Shown one piece after another: positions 7,805 through 15,420 of a stretch of 15,420 nt of DNA. The stretch lies in the IMG/VR virus record IMGVR_UViG_2547132271_000004; one strand, 5' to 3'. Numbering within the stretch: position 1 is the first letter of the stretch; each line of letters opens with the position of its first letter. The notes beneath the pieces were generated by a model. The model saw only the letters and a list, made by a program, of their open reading frames with translations, had not been told where the DNA came from and made no database searches. This stretch comes from a virus (taxonomy: Duplodnaviria; Heunggongvirae; Uroviricota; Caudoviricetes). The position numbers and the translations under genes are program-made.

Positions 7805-9011
7805 CTTTTCTCCCTTTAATTTCCACAGTCTGTTTCCATGCCTGGCTGAACTCATCACCACCTTCACGCGGCGGCATACCCTCACGCTCACGGGCTTCGT
7901 TCGGATTCATGATCCCGTTCTTAATCCCTTTCTCATACGTGGCATAACGTTCGGTGGGTGTGGCGCGTAATAAATCGGCTGAATCAAACTCAACCAGATA
8001 ACGGGTACCAGGTACGGGAGAAGCCACCAGCAAAGCGGCCTTGATTTGCTGTTCGAAGTTCGCTAGCCACGGGCGCATTGTCATGGTCAGAAACGCGCGG
8101 CTTGCCTCGCTGAAATTGCTGTAGGTGCTGTTGCTGTATTCCTGCAGAAAAATAGGCGATACGTTGAACATGCGGGCGATGTCTTCAATGGAGAAGCGAC
8201 GGGAGGCCAGCCATTCCGCATCCTGGTTACTCATTCCCAGTTGCCTGTAATCCATGCCCCCTTCAAGGATTGGCGTTTTTCCGGCATTTTTCGCCCCCTT
8301 GTAGCGTTCCAGAGCATCCAATGCCTGTTTACCTTTCACGCCGTCCAGCCATTCGCCTGACGTGATAATCCCTGCCGCCATCATGCCATCTTTCATAATG
8401 CTGGCTCCGTGACGCTGTTGAGCAAGGCCAAGCCCCAGCGCCTCACGGCAAATCGTGACGGGGGAACGCCCCAGAAAGCCATCATCCGAGGCATAGCGGA
8501 GATGCAAAACTTCTTCCTGTAAATACGTGCGCACCGTTCCTGTACAGGGTTCGGTGATGGTATAGCGGTATTTGTGTGCGCCTGTGCGTTCCGGTACAAC
8601 ACACCCCGGCGCATAAGGATGAAGTGATTTTGGCTGCCCGTCCTGCCCCCACTCAATAACCGCATAGGCGTTACCGTTCAGCAGGCAGTGACGCATCATT
8701 GTGCGTTTAAACTGGTAAGGTGTCTGGCACGAATTAGGCTGCTCATTCAGCAGAATATCTACCGGGTGACTGTCCAGCCATTCCCGCGCCTCCCTGCCCT
8801 TGTCATTACGTACCAGATACAGATAACACGGCATCGTGGCCACCGCCTCAGCGATGACAGAAACCGCATTCATCACTGCAGGCAATGATTCAGCCGTCCC
8901 GGCAGAAACATATTCTCCGGATCCGGTATTCGGTACGCCGGACAGCGCCAGAAAATCATCAATGGACAGGTTACGCTGCTCGCTTTTTTTACGACTAAAA
9001 GGCCACCACAT
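7797..9011 (-). CDS. Portal protein (HK97 family)
   Basis: About 404 aa from the internal Met (MWWPFSRKK...), which directly follows the protease stop. HK97-type portal signatures seen (GKTPILEGGMDYRQLG, FNVSPIFL). Confidence 0.85.
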   Translation of the reverse strand: MWWPFSRKKSEQRNLSIDDFLALSGVPNTGSGEYVSAGTAESLPAVMNAVSVIAEAVATMPCYLYLVRNDKGREAREWLDSHPVDILLNEQPNSCQTPYQFKRTMMRHCLLNGNAYAVIEWGQDGQPKSLHPYAPGCVVPERTGAHKYRYTITEPCTGTVRTYLQEEVLHLRYASDDGFLGRSPVTICREALGLGLAQQRHGASIMKDGMMAAGIITSGEWLDGVKGKQALDALERYKGAKNAGKTPILEGGMDYRQLGMSNQDAEWLASRRFSIEDIARMFNVSPIFLQEYSNSTYSNFSEASRAFLTMTMRPWLANFEQQIKAALLVASPVPGTRYLVEFDSADLLRATPTERYATYEKGIKNGIMNPNEAREREGMPPREGGDEFSQAWKQTVEIKGRKDE

Positions 9012-9012
9012 A

Positions 9013-9573
9013 TCACAACCCCGCCAGCTCAGACCAGCGATGACGATTATTTCCTGTCGGACGTAATTCAGGGTGCTGTGCAAACAACGAACGGTGGGCA
9101 ATCTCCACGCCAGATTCTGGATAAGCAGGCATCGACGTTATTGTGATTTCACGGAGTTCAGCGGCGGTTACGGTACGCAGATACGGTTTTTGCGCGATAC
9201 TCCACTCCTCGCATAATGCGCGAAAACCAAAGCTCATTCCTGTAATGTCGCCACGCTCCACCAGCGTAAGCACATCTTTTCCAAGCTGGGTATCCGGCGG
9301 TGTCAGTTCAAAACGTAACCCGGTGTTATCCTCAGTCAGTACCAGAGTGCCGGATTTGGTGCGCCCCAGCAGTTGGGTATAGTCATGCTCATACAGGCAG
9401 CGCACATCATTACCCGTCGCCAGATAGTCAGCAAAAGCCCCCGGCGTGAACTGTTCGCGGAATTCGTCCCAGATAATTTCTGAAAGGCTGTTCCAGCGAA
9501 CGGCATACCCCACCAGCTTTTTATTGCTGGCGGTCAGTTCAGATGTGCGGATTTCAAAATCGGTGTTTTTCAT
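9013..9573 (-). CDS. Prohead maturation protease (HK97 family)
   Basis: 186-aa ORF with HK97 protease-like segments (YEHDYTQLLGRT, GMSFGF, ITSMPAYPESG). Confidence 0.85.
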   Translation of the reverse strand: MKNTDFEIRTSELTASNKKLVGYAVRWNSLSEIIWDEFREQFTPGAFADYLATGNDVRCLYEHDYTQLLGRTKSGTLVLTEDNTGLRFELTPPDTQLGKDVLTLVERGDITGMSFGFRALCEEWSIAQKPYLRTVTAAELREITITSMPAYPESGVEIAHRSLFAQHPELRPTGNNRHRWSELAGL

Positions 9574-9593
9574 CGGTGTACTCCATAAAGCTG

Positions 9594-9614
9594 AAAAAGG
9601 AGGCCGCAGCCTCC
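9594..9614 (-). terminator. Intrinsic terminator/attenuator between the capsid and protease genes
   Basis: On the minus strand: GGAGGC-UGCG-GCCUCC hairpin followed by UUUUU (plus-strand AAAAA GGAGGC CGCA GCCTCC), lying between the capsid stop (9628) and protease start (9573). Confidence 0.55.
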
Positions 9615-9627
9615 TCCTTACTCATGA

Positions 9628-10797
9628 CTAGCCAGCTTTCATTTCCAGAATTTTGATGGCGTTTGAATCCACCACACCACCGCCCAGATATTTATCCGTG
9701 TGGACCTTGTAGAATCCGGGTTCAGTAATGTTGTCCGGTCGGGTGCGAATCCCTGTTACATGATCAACGATGAAATAACCACGACTGAAATCGCCAACCG
9801 CTAGCGGTGCTTTTCCTGCGCCGATGTCCGGCATGGACTCCAGGCAGTAAACAGGACGACCAAGCAACATATCCGGCGCACCTTCTTTAAGGCTGTCGCG
9901 CCAGATATAATCGCCGTTCTCATTTTTCAGCTTCTGTAGTGTCCCTGCCGTGCCCGAGTTCATCACCCAGACGGCATTTTTGCGGTATTTCGCTTTCAGC
10001 TTGTAGAGAATGTCGATCAGTTCGTCCGCTGTAATGGCGGTTCCACTTGCCGCTACTATTTTTTCAATGGTGCCAAAAGCGCGGGTTTTGTCACTGGTCG
10101 CCGCACGGGTGTAAGCCATGAAGCCTTTCGGCTTGCCGTTACCGTCGCCATTAACAAAATCATCCTCTTCGGTGCTGGCGAACGTGTCGGCAATTTCGGA
10201 GGATAACCAGCCCAGAATATCCACCTCTGAAAAATCCAGGATTTCCTGCGTGGTTTTCGGGTAGGCGTAGATCGGATTCAACTTGATGGTTACGCGTTCA
10301 ATTTTCGGGGTGTTGGTTTCACTGCGTGCGCTGCCTTCTGTGCCTCGTCCTACAGTTGCGCCGCCAGTGGAAACCAGTTTCTGAAACTCATTTGATTTTG
10401 CGGTCTTCACGGTCGCGATCACGCGCATAACACTGTCATCCTGTAGCTGGCGCATGACTTCGCGATCAAGCTCAGGAATTACGGTATATCCGCCATCCCT
10501 GCCGCTGTCAGTGCTGGTGGACAGTGATCGCACATCTCCGGTTACGATGTAGTTACGCAATTCATCAGATGATAATTTCTGGATGCCCGTTCCTGGCTTG
10601 CTGCGTTCTTCATCAGCCACAGACTCGAGGCGGGAAATTTCTGTGTCGAGGGCATCAGCTTTTGCACGCAGTTCATCAAACTGTTTGCCTTCTTCAGCGT
10701 TCAGACTACGGTTTTCACTGTCGGCTTTTTCCAGCAGGGATCGCATCTGGTTTTTCAGGGCGTTTTTTTGCTGGCGGAGTTCGATTAATTTCTTCAT
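9628..10797 (-). CDS. Major capsid protein (HK97 fold) with N-terminal coiled-coil delta/scaffold domain
   Basis: 389-aa ORF. The first ~100 aa are a charged coiled-coil (LRQQKNALKNQMRSLLEKADSE...), followed by an HK97-like capsid core. Confidence 0.9.
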   Translation of the reverse strand: MKKLIELRQQKNALKNQMRSLLEKADSENRSLNAEEGKQFDELRAKADALDTEISRLESVADEERSKPGTGIQKLSSDELRNYIVTGDVRSLSTSTDSGRDGGYTVIPELDREVMRQLQDDSVMRVIATVKTAKSNEFQKLVSTGGATVGRGTEGSARSETNTPKIERVTIKLNPIYAYPKTTQEILDFSEVDILGWLSSEIADTFASTEEDDFVNGDGNGKPKGFMAYTRAATSDKTRAFGTIEKIVAASGTAITADELIDILYKLKAKYRKNAVWVMNSGTAGTLQKLKNENGDYIWRDSLKEGAPDMLLGRPVYCLESMPDIGAGKAPLAVGDFSRGYFIVDHVTGIRTRPDNITEPGFYKVHTDKYLGGGVVDSNAIKILEMKAG

Positions 10798-11083
10798 GAA
10801 GGTTTTCTCGTATTGGTTAAGATTCAGGACGTGAAACCAACACGGGGGGAGCGCCGCCCGACACTCTCGGCATCTCGCAGATCAACCCGGCATCGCGCAG
10901 GGGGTCAGGCGGCATTGTGGCGGCTCACGTCTGAGTGCCACGCTCCAACATATACATAAAAATCAGTATGTAAACACCTGTCAGTCAGACCGAACAACCA
11001 CGAAAGAACACGAACAAATAATTTACAAAAGAAGTAAACCATGGCCTATTATTGCTGTCTCTGACTACAACAAAGGACGCATC
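10798..11083. promoter_or_regulatory. Divergent control region between the capsid operon (minus) and the plus-strand cargo gene
   Basis: 286-bp gap with a GC-rich segment (10840-10940), an inverted repeat TACATA-N8-TATGTA (10953-10972), CGAACAA repeats (10991-11017), and a weak sigma70-like TTTACA ... TATTAT (11022-11052) upstream of the 11084 ATG. Confidence 0.4.
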
Positions 11084-11590
11084 ATGAATTTAAGCGCAAT
11101 GGTATACCCTGATACTTTCATAATTAATGGCGAATCATTCAGAGGTAAAAGAAACGCAAAAGAAAACAAGGTATTAATTCCATATACAAATGAACCGGAA
11201 GTAACTATTGGTCAACACATTATCCAGCGTGTCGGTAAAAACGAGATAAATCTAAAAATTATAGATATGAAGTTGCTTCCCAATGTAACCCGCAGACAGG
11301 GAACCAATCATCAAAATATGTTGACTCTCTATATTGAAAATATCACGGGAAATGAACATATGACGCCAACTAAAAGTAATACATTTAACATTGGTTCAAT
11401 TAGTGGTGATCAAGTGCAGATAGGTGAGCATAACCATATGCTGGTAAACATCAGCATCACTGAACTGGTTGAAAAAGTCGCTAAATCGGGGGATGTACAA
11501 GCCAAATCAGTATTAAAGCAGTTACTGGAAAACAGTACCGTTGCCAGCATTGTTGGGGCTGGCGCAAGTGCCCTAATAGGCTTACTGTAA
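11084..11590 (+). CDS. Hypothetical AT-rich cargo protein with C-terminal hydrophobic Gly/Ala-rich segment; function unknown
   Basis: 168-aa ORF with RBS AGGA before the ATG and its own terminator. It is the only plus-strand gene in the island and is visibly AT-rich relative to flanking genes (not computed). C-terminus STVASIVGAGASALIGLL is hydrophobic. No family recognised. Confidence 0.7.
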   Translation: MNLSAMVYPDTFIINGESFRGKRNAKENKVLIPYTNEPEVTIGQHIIQRVGKNEINLKIIDMKLLPNVTRRQGTNHQNMLTLYIENITGNEHMTPTKSNTFNIGSISGDQVQIGEHNHMLVNISITELVEKVAKSGDVQAKSVLKQLLENSTVASIVGAGASALIGLL

Positions 11591-11627
11591 AAAAATGGCC
11601 TGGATTTTACCAGGCCTTTATTATTTT
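11591..11627. terminator. Bidirectional intrinsic terminator
   Basis: AAAAA-T-GGCCTGG-ATTTTA-CCAGGCC-TTTATTATTTT; a GC stem flanked by an A-run and a T-run, placed between the convergent 11084-11590 (+) and 11626-11922 (-) genes. Confidence 0.7.
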
Positions 11628-11922
11628 ACCGTTTCACGGGATCTCGCATTCTGCGCCTTATTTTCCACAGATATTCGATCATCGCTTCCACCTGCTCACG
11701 GTTGGTTGCGAAAATTTCCCCGGTCAGTGAGCTACGCAGAAAATCATGATGATCCACAACAAACAACGCATCGGAAGAAAGCAGACGGCGATATTTTTTT
11801 GCTGTCATGGTTTCCAGATCATCAAAATCATGAAACTTTTTATGTTGCTGGACTTCTTCAAATGTCACTGGAATGTCCCCTCTGTTGTCGCTAAAACGGT
11901 ATGTTGTCCCCGTACGGATCAT
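11626..11922 (-). CDS. Hypothetical protein
   Basis: 98-aa ORF ending at the bidirectional terminator. It overlaps the SSB 3' end by 32 nt, so the real start may be internal. No family recognised. Confidence 0.45.
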   Translation of the reverse strand: MIRTGTTYRFSDNRGDIPVTFEEVQQHKKFHDFDDLETMTAKKYRRLLSSDALFVVDHHDFLRSSLTGEIFATNREQVEAMIEYLWKIRRRMRDPVKR

Positions 11923-12316
11923 CGTGCTGACCCGTCTGCTGTTTTGCCCTGTTCAGTGCGTCAGTGGCCTGCCCCTGCTGGCCTTTTTTGCCGCCCGGTC
12001 GCGCTGTTCGCGCACTGATCACGCTGTCTGCGATAACCTGCCAGCCCTGCCGCGTTTCGCCGTTCTGGCCTGTCCACTGGCTTACCTGCATGTTACCCGC
12101 CACGCTCACCAGTTCGCCTTTGTGGTGTTTTGCCAGTGCGTCGGCCTGTCTGCCAAACGCCAGGACGGATAACCACATCATCGCCGTTCCGTCATCTGCC
12201 TGGCTGCACGGAAGGGGGACCGCCATACTAGCCATCGTCATTTGTGTACCCTTGCTGGTGGTCTTTAACTGCGGGTCAGCCACCAGCCGCCCGTAAGCCG
12301 CTATCTGTGCTGTCAT
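11891..12316 (-). CDS. Single-stranded DNA-binding protein (SSB-like OB fold) with SSB-type C-terminal tip
   Basis: 141-aa product aligns by eye to the E. coli SSB OB core (MWLSVLAFGRQADALAKHHKGELVSVAGNMQVSQWTGQNGETRQ vs [44 protein letters not shown]). It has a Gly/Gln-rich linker and ends DDPYGDNIPF, like the host SSB tip DDDIPF. Confidence 0.75.
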   Translation of the reverse strand: MTAQIAAYGRLVADPQLKTTSKGTQMTMASMAVPLPCSQADDGTAMMWLSVLAFGRQADALAKHHKGELVSVAGNMQVSQWTGQNGETRQGWQVIADSVISARTARPGGKKGQQGQATDALNRAKQQTGQHDDPYGDNIPF

Positions 12317-12558
12317 GCTGTCTGCTCTCCGGTTTTAACGTTGATGGTTGTCACCTGTTCCGCTTCGGCAATCTCCCGTTCTGTCAGCGTGGCAAAGTTT
12401 GCAGCTGCCGTTGTCATGAATGCGCTAATCAGTTCGGGAAGTGCTTTCGCATATCCTTCCCCGGCGTTGCGGTCGATGATTTTTATCGACACCCTTAACC
12501 AGTGTTCCGTCAAATCAAGGGCGTGCGATTGTGATTTTTTTGTGTGCTTCGCTGTCAT
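12313..12558 (-). CDS. Hypothetical small protein adjacent to the origin
   Basis: 81-aa ORF whose stop overlaps the SSB start (ATGA). No family recognised. Confidence 0.45.
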   Translation of the reverse strand: MTAKHTKKSQSHALDLTEHWLRVSIKIIDRNAGEGYAKALPELISAFMTTAAANFATLTEREIAEAEQVTTINVKTGEQTA

Positions 12559-12603
12559 AGGCTTTATCTCACAGCAGTAAATTAAAATTTTTGCGTTTTA
12601 ACC

Positions 12604-12832
12604 CTTCACCTGTTCACCTTTTGATATTTTCCATTTAAATTCATACTGTTAAGGGGTGAACAGTTTCACAAAAACTATTCACCAACTGTTCACCACTGTT
12701 CACCCTTGAAGCTCAATAAACAACCAAAAAGGTGAACAGTGAATAGTTTGGTGAACAGTTCATAAATAACTGTTCACCCTATAATATACTGATATAAAAG
12801 ATAATTATGACAGGGTGAACAGTGGTGAACAG
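12604..12832. repeat. Iteron-type replication origin: about nine copies of GGTGAACAG in both orientations flanking an AT-rich segment
   Basis: GGTGAACAG or its complement CTGTTCACC read at about 12611, 12655, 12686, 12696, 12731, 12750, 12770, 12814 and 12824. AT-rich spacer ATAATATACTGATATAAAAGATAATTATGA at 12781-12812. It sits immediately 3' of the primase-helicase gene. Confidence 0.7.
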
Positions 12833-12845
12833 TTATTCAATAAGT

Positions 12846-14663
12846 TTAATTTTTGCTATCGTCATTAGTGACCGATACACATGATGGCATCCAGTCTTCT
12901 GATTCCTCCGTCAGTGTCACGTTTGAACGAAAACCGTGCTTCGTTTTCCGTTTCATATACTCCCTGCCATATTCCGCCATTGCCCCCGGCATATCTTTAC
13001 CGAAGCGCGTCAGTGTTACAGGTTTACCAAACCCATGTGCCCTCATATAAGCCAGATAGGCATGATAGAGATACCTGCGTGGGCTGAATGGCACAATTTC
13101 AGCATTACCCACTAACAGGCCATCACACATTACCGACGCCATGAGATAGCCGCAGAAGTCCACCAGCGAATCCCCCTCTCGCTTTATCGCCAGTGCTTCT
13201 TCAGATTTCTGCTGCTCATATAACAGGCGTCTGGCTTCGTCCTGGTCAGCAAACCGTGTAAGCAGATGGCGAATCACTACCGCCAGCTCACCTTCTATTT
13301 TTTCCGCCAGCATTGGATCGCGTTCGTTCTCCGGTACAACTTCCGAAAAATTGAATATCACCCGACGACGTGAGATCCCCCCGCTGCGGTCACTGAATGA
13401 CATGGCGTTATTGTTAACCGCCAGCACTACTGCCGGAATACGCGTTGAGTAGGGGGCTTTGTGTTTCGGGTCAATTGCCACCTTGTCACCGCCTGTAATA
13501 GCCTTAATCCCTGCCCCATCACCAGCGTAGCGGGTCATATCCGGCATGATAATCAGCGAAAAGCCAACCACTAACGCGCGTTCCCTTGCATCTTCCAGCG
13601 CCTTCATGCTTGCCGATACTGTGTTGGCCTTACCCGCCAGCATGGTGCAAATCTCCGCCATCACGCTTTTACCACTTCCCCCTGGACCTGTTACCTCAAT
13701 GAATAACTGCCAGTCGTACCGGTTCGCCAGCACCATGAATAATGCAGCCAGTACGCGATCCGCCTTGCGGTCATTCTCAGCCACCGAACGGCGTAACCAC
13801 TTCCAGAAATTCGGCGCATGTGTTGCCAGCGTTTCCCCCTCTGCTGGTGGGCTGAAAGGTAATTCACTGGCAATTAACAACCAGTCGTTTTTGTTATGCT
13901 CCCGAAAATTACCTGTTCTGGTATCAAATACCCCGTTACTGAATCCAATCAGGTTACGGGCTGTATTCCCCATTACAGGCAAACTTAACTTCATGGTATC
14001 GACCGCCGATTTAATGGCGTTCTGCGAATAGCTGATCTCCGCATCAATGAAAATCTGTGCCATAGCTCGCTGTAATTCTTTATCCTGTACTGGCTCCCAT
14101 ACAACGCCGTTGTAATGGTGAACAGTGTCAGAGTCAGCATGAATCGCCAGTTCACCGCCATAATGTGCCAGGAGAACTTCGCCGCGTTGACTTGCTCCCA
14201 TCTGGTTAAGCGCCAGTGATGAAGCGTTATCGTCTTTTACCCGCTCTTTTTTCTTTACAGGCAGTTCAACTACCTTTTTCTTTTCCGCCTGCTCTGCCCG
14301 TTCACGTTCCAGATATTCGCGCCAGTTCTCCCGTTTCTGGCTGTGCATTCCTTCAGGGTAATAATCAGCATCCCTGACACCTGCCACTGCCAGTTTCTGC
14401 CCGATGGTATTAACAAGCCCCGGACGCAATAACCCCGCCTGATAGAGACGCACGCGATAGCGTCCGTCCGGTACGATTTGCAGGTTGTCCAGTTCGGCAA
14501 GTTGTTGCTCTCCAAGCCAGACAGGTGGCACGTTATCGCCAGCCAGTCGCCCGTCCTGTTCCTGCCACTGTTTCGCATGTGCCCACGCATCACTACCCGC
14601 AAAAATGATGACTTCCGTCATTTTGTCACGCGGCTGGTGTTTTAAATTTGGCGCTTTTTTCAT
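12846..14663 (-). CDS. Primase-helicase / replication initiator (P4-alpha / D5-type C-terminal P-loop NTPase)
   Basis: About 605 aa from MKKAPNLK (ATGA overlap with the upstream gene; RBS GGAGAG). Walker A VTGPGGSGKS and Walker B-like LIIMPDM, with a D5_N/primase-C-like central region. Confidence 0.85.
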   Translation of the reverse strand: MKKAPNLKHQPRDKMTEVIIFAGSDAWAHAKQWQEQDGRLAGDNVPPVWLGEQQLAELDNLQIVPDGRYRVRLYQAGLLRPGLVNTIGQKLAVAGVRDADYYPEGMHSQKRENWREYLERERAEQAEKKKVVELPVKKKERVKDDNASSLALNQMGASQRGEVLLAHYGGELAIHADSDTVHHYNGVVWEPVQDKELQRAMAQIFIDAEISYSQNAIKSAVDTMKLSLPVMGNTARNLIGFSNGVFDTRTGNFREHNKNDWLLIASELPFSPPAEGETLATHAPNFWKWLRRSVAENDRKADRVLAALFMVLANRYDWQLFIEVTGPGGSGKSVMAEICTMLAGKANTVSASMKALEDARERALVVGFSLIIMPDMTRYAGDGAGIKAITGGDKVAIDPKHKAPYSTRIPAVVLAVNNNAMSFSDRSGGISRRRVIFNFSEVVPENERDPMLAEKIEGELAVVIRHLLTRFADQDEARRLLYEQQKSEEALAIKREGDSLVDFCGYLMASVMCDGLLVGNAEIVPFSPRRYLYHAYLAYMRAHGFGKPVTLTRFGKDMPGAMAEYGREYMKRKTKHGFRSNVTLTEESEDWMPSCVSVTNDDSKN

Positions 14664-14959
14664 TTCTGCTCTCTCCACGCGGCAATCATGTTTTTTAGTT
14701 CCTGTAGTTTTTTATCAACATCCATACATGACACATGGTTATTTCTGGAAAGCGGGATTTCCCGACTGAATCTGCTAATAAAGATCTCCACGTTCAGCGA
14801 ACTAAGAAATGAATAGCCATCACGGATAAAATACACACGGTCAAACATCAGTTCTTTTACCGTTACTCTGTTACCGTTCTTATCCAGATAAATAGCGCCG
14901 GGGATAATTTGGGGGTGTGCATAACCGCTGGCAGTCAAGCCAGATAAATACGTTCTCAT
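14660..14959 (-). CDS. Hypothetical protein (AT-rich cassette gene B)
   Basis: 99-aa ORF with RBS GGGGA upstream. Its stop overlaps the primase ATG. Visibly AT-rich. No family recognised. Confidence 0.55.
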   Translation of the reverse strand: MRTYLSGLTASGYAHPQIIPGAIYLDKNGNRVTVKELMFDRVYFIRDGYSFLSSLNVEIFISRFSREIPLSRNNHVSCMDVDKKLQELKNMIAAWREQK

Positions 14960-14965
14960 GATTAT

Positions 14966-15286
14966 TTATCCCCGATTTGAATCAGTATTCGCTTTCTTTA
15001 TAGCATTTAATGCATCTGTGGCATTTTCAATGGTGCACCGTAACGAAATATCAAAATGTCCAAGCATTGCCAGTAACAAACCGATATTACCCATATCAAT
15101 GCGCATGGCCTTTTCGTCATAGTCCTCATTTTCTGACGCATGCCACATCAGGCTACCAATTGACGCAACAGCCATTGATATATTGTCAGTAGCCCCATCC
15201 GCAGCGGAATAAATCTTTTTAGCAATATCATGCTCACAGTTAAAATGCGGATTAATCAGGTACTGGTAATTTGACATATCAGGCAT
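14966..15286 (-). CDS. Hypothetical protein (AT-rich cassette gene A)
   Basis: 106-aa ORF with RBS AGGGGG upstream, 6 bp from gene B. Visibly AT-rich with a sharp switch to GC-rich sequence at about 15287. No family recognised. Confidence 0.55.
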   Translation of the reverse strand: MPDMSNYQYLINPHFNCEHDIAKKIYSAADGATDNISMAVASIGSLMWHASENEDYDEKAMRIDMGNIGLLLAMLGHFDISLRCTIENATDALNAIKKANTDSNRG

Positions 15287-15420
15287 GGCACACCCCCTGA
15301 CGAATACGGGCGGCGAATACCATCACGCAGCCAGCCGGGGATTGCTGGCGTGCTTCCTGTTCGCTGGTGGCCACGATGTGAATCACGCGCGGTTGTGCGG
15401 TGCTCAGGGCGATAAAACGC
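15279..15420 (-). CDS. 3' end of an upstream GC-rich gene continuing beyond the window (product unknown)
   Basis: Minus-strand frame open from the window edge to TGA at 15281-15279, ending ...AARIRQGVCHA. The stop overlaps the start of gene A. Not in the ORF track because no start codon is in view. Confidence 0.4.
   Translation of the reverse strand, partial: RFIALSTAQPRVIHIVATSEQEARQQSPAGCVMVFAARIRQGVCHA

Larger units (their letters stand above)
3791..15420. mobile_element. Phage satellite / capsid-forming PICI-like genomic island (partial; right end and integrase not in window)
   Basis: Contiguous minus-strand head morphogenesis and packaging genes plus a replication module, with no tail, lysis or integrase genes in view. 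Composition is mosaic. It abuts the truncated thiM leader. Confidence 0.7.

Noticed and set aside
8393-8665. 90-aa ORF within the portal gene and other short alternative-frame ORFs (for example 8688-8888, 8836-9066, 9143-9382)
   Set aside because: All are nested in alternative frames of well-supported structural genes and lack independent signals.
10950-10975. Possible LexA (SOS) box in the capsid/cargo control region
   Set aside because: The inverted repeat is TACATA-N8-TATGTA, not the CTGT-N8-ACAG consensus, so there is no sequence support for direct LexA control.
12604-12832. Short repeats that could be mistaken for a CRISPR array
   Set aside because: The unit is only 9 bp, occurs in both orientations with irregular spacing, has no unique spacers of regular length, and sits beside a replication initiator gene. 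Iterons explain it better.
13546-14031. 161-aa plus-strand ORF antisense to the primase-helicase
   Set aside because: It lies entirely within the strongly supported primase-helicase gene on the opposite strand, with no RBS or family signal. Most likely spurious.

Overview
The window is an Escherichia-like chromosomal segment (3' end of yegV, then yegW, yegX, thiD, thiM on the minus strand) followed from about 3790 to the right edge by a horizontally acquired, minus-strand phage satellite that continues beyond the window. The element carries an HK97-type head and packaging module (major capsid, prohead protease, portal, head-tail connector, HNH endonuclease, TerS, TerL) but no tail or lysis genes in view. 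It also carries a replication module: a P4/D5-type primase-helicase, a 9-bp iteron origin and an SSB-like protein. This matches a capsid-forming phage-inducible chromosomal island (cf-PICI-like); no integrase is visible, and it presumably lies past 15420. The most interesting candidates for an undescribed system are two AT-rich cargo loci of unknown function: a lone plus-strand gene at 11084-11590 and a coupled two-gene cassette at 14660-15286. The left junction appears to cut the thiM TPP riboswitch, and a 700-bp non-coding arm at the island end holds a run of five distinct stem-loops. All calls rest on reading the sequence and recalled family motifs; no database search or computation was run.
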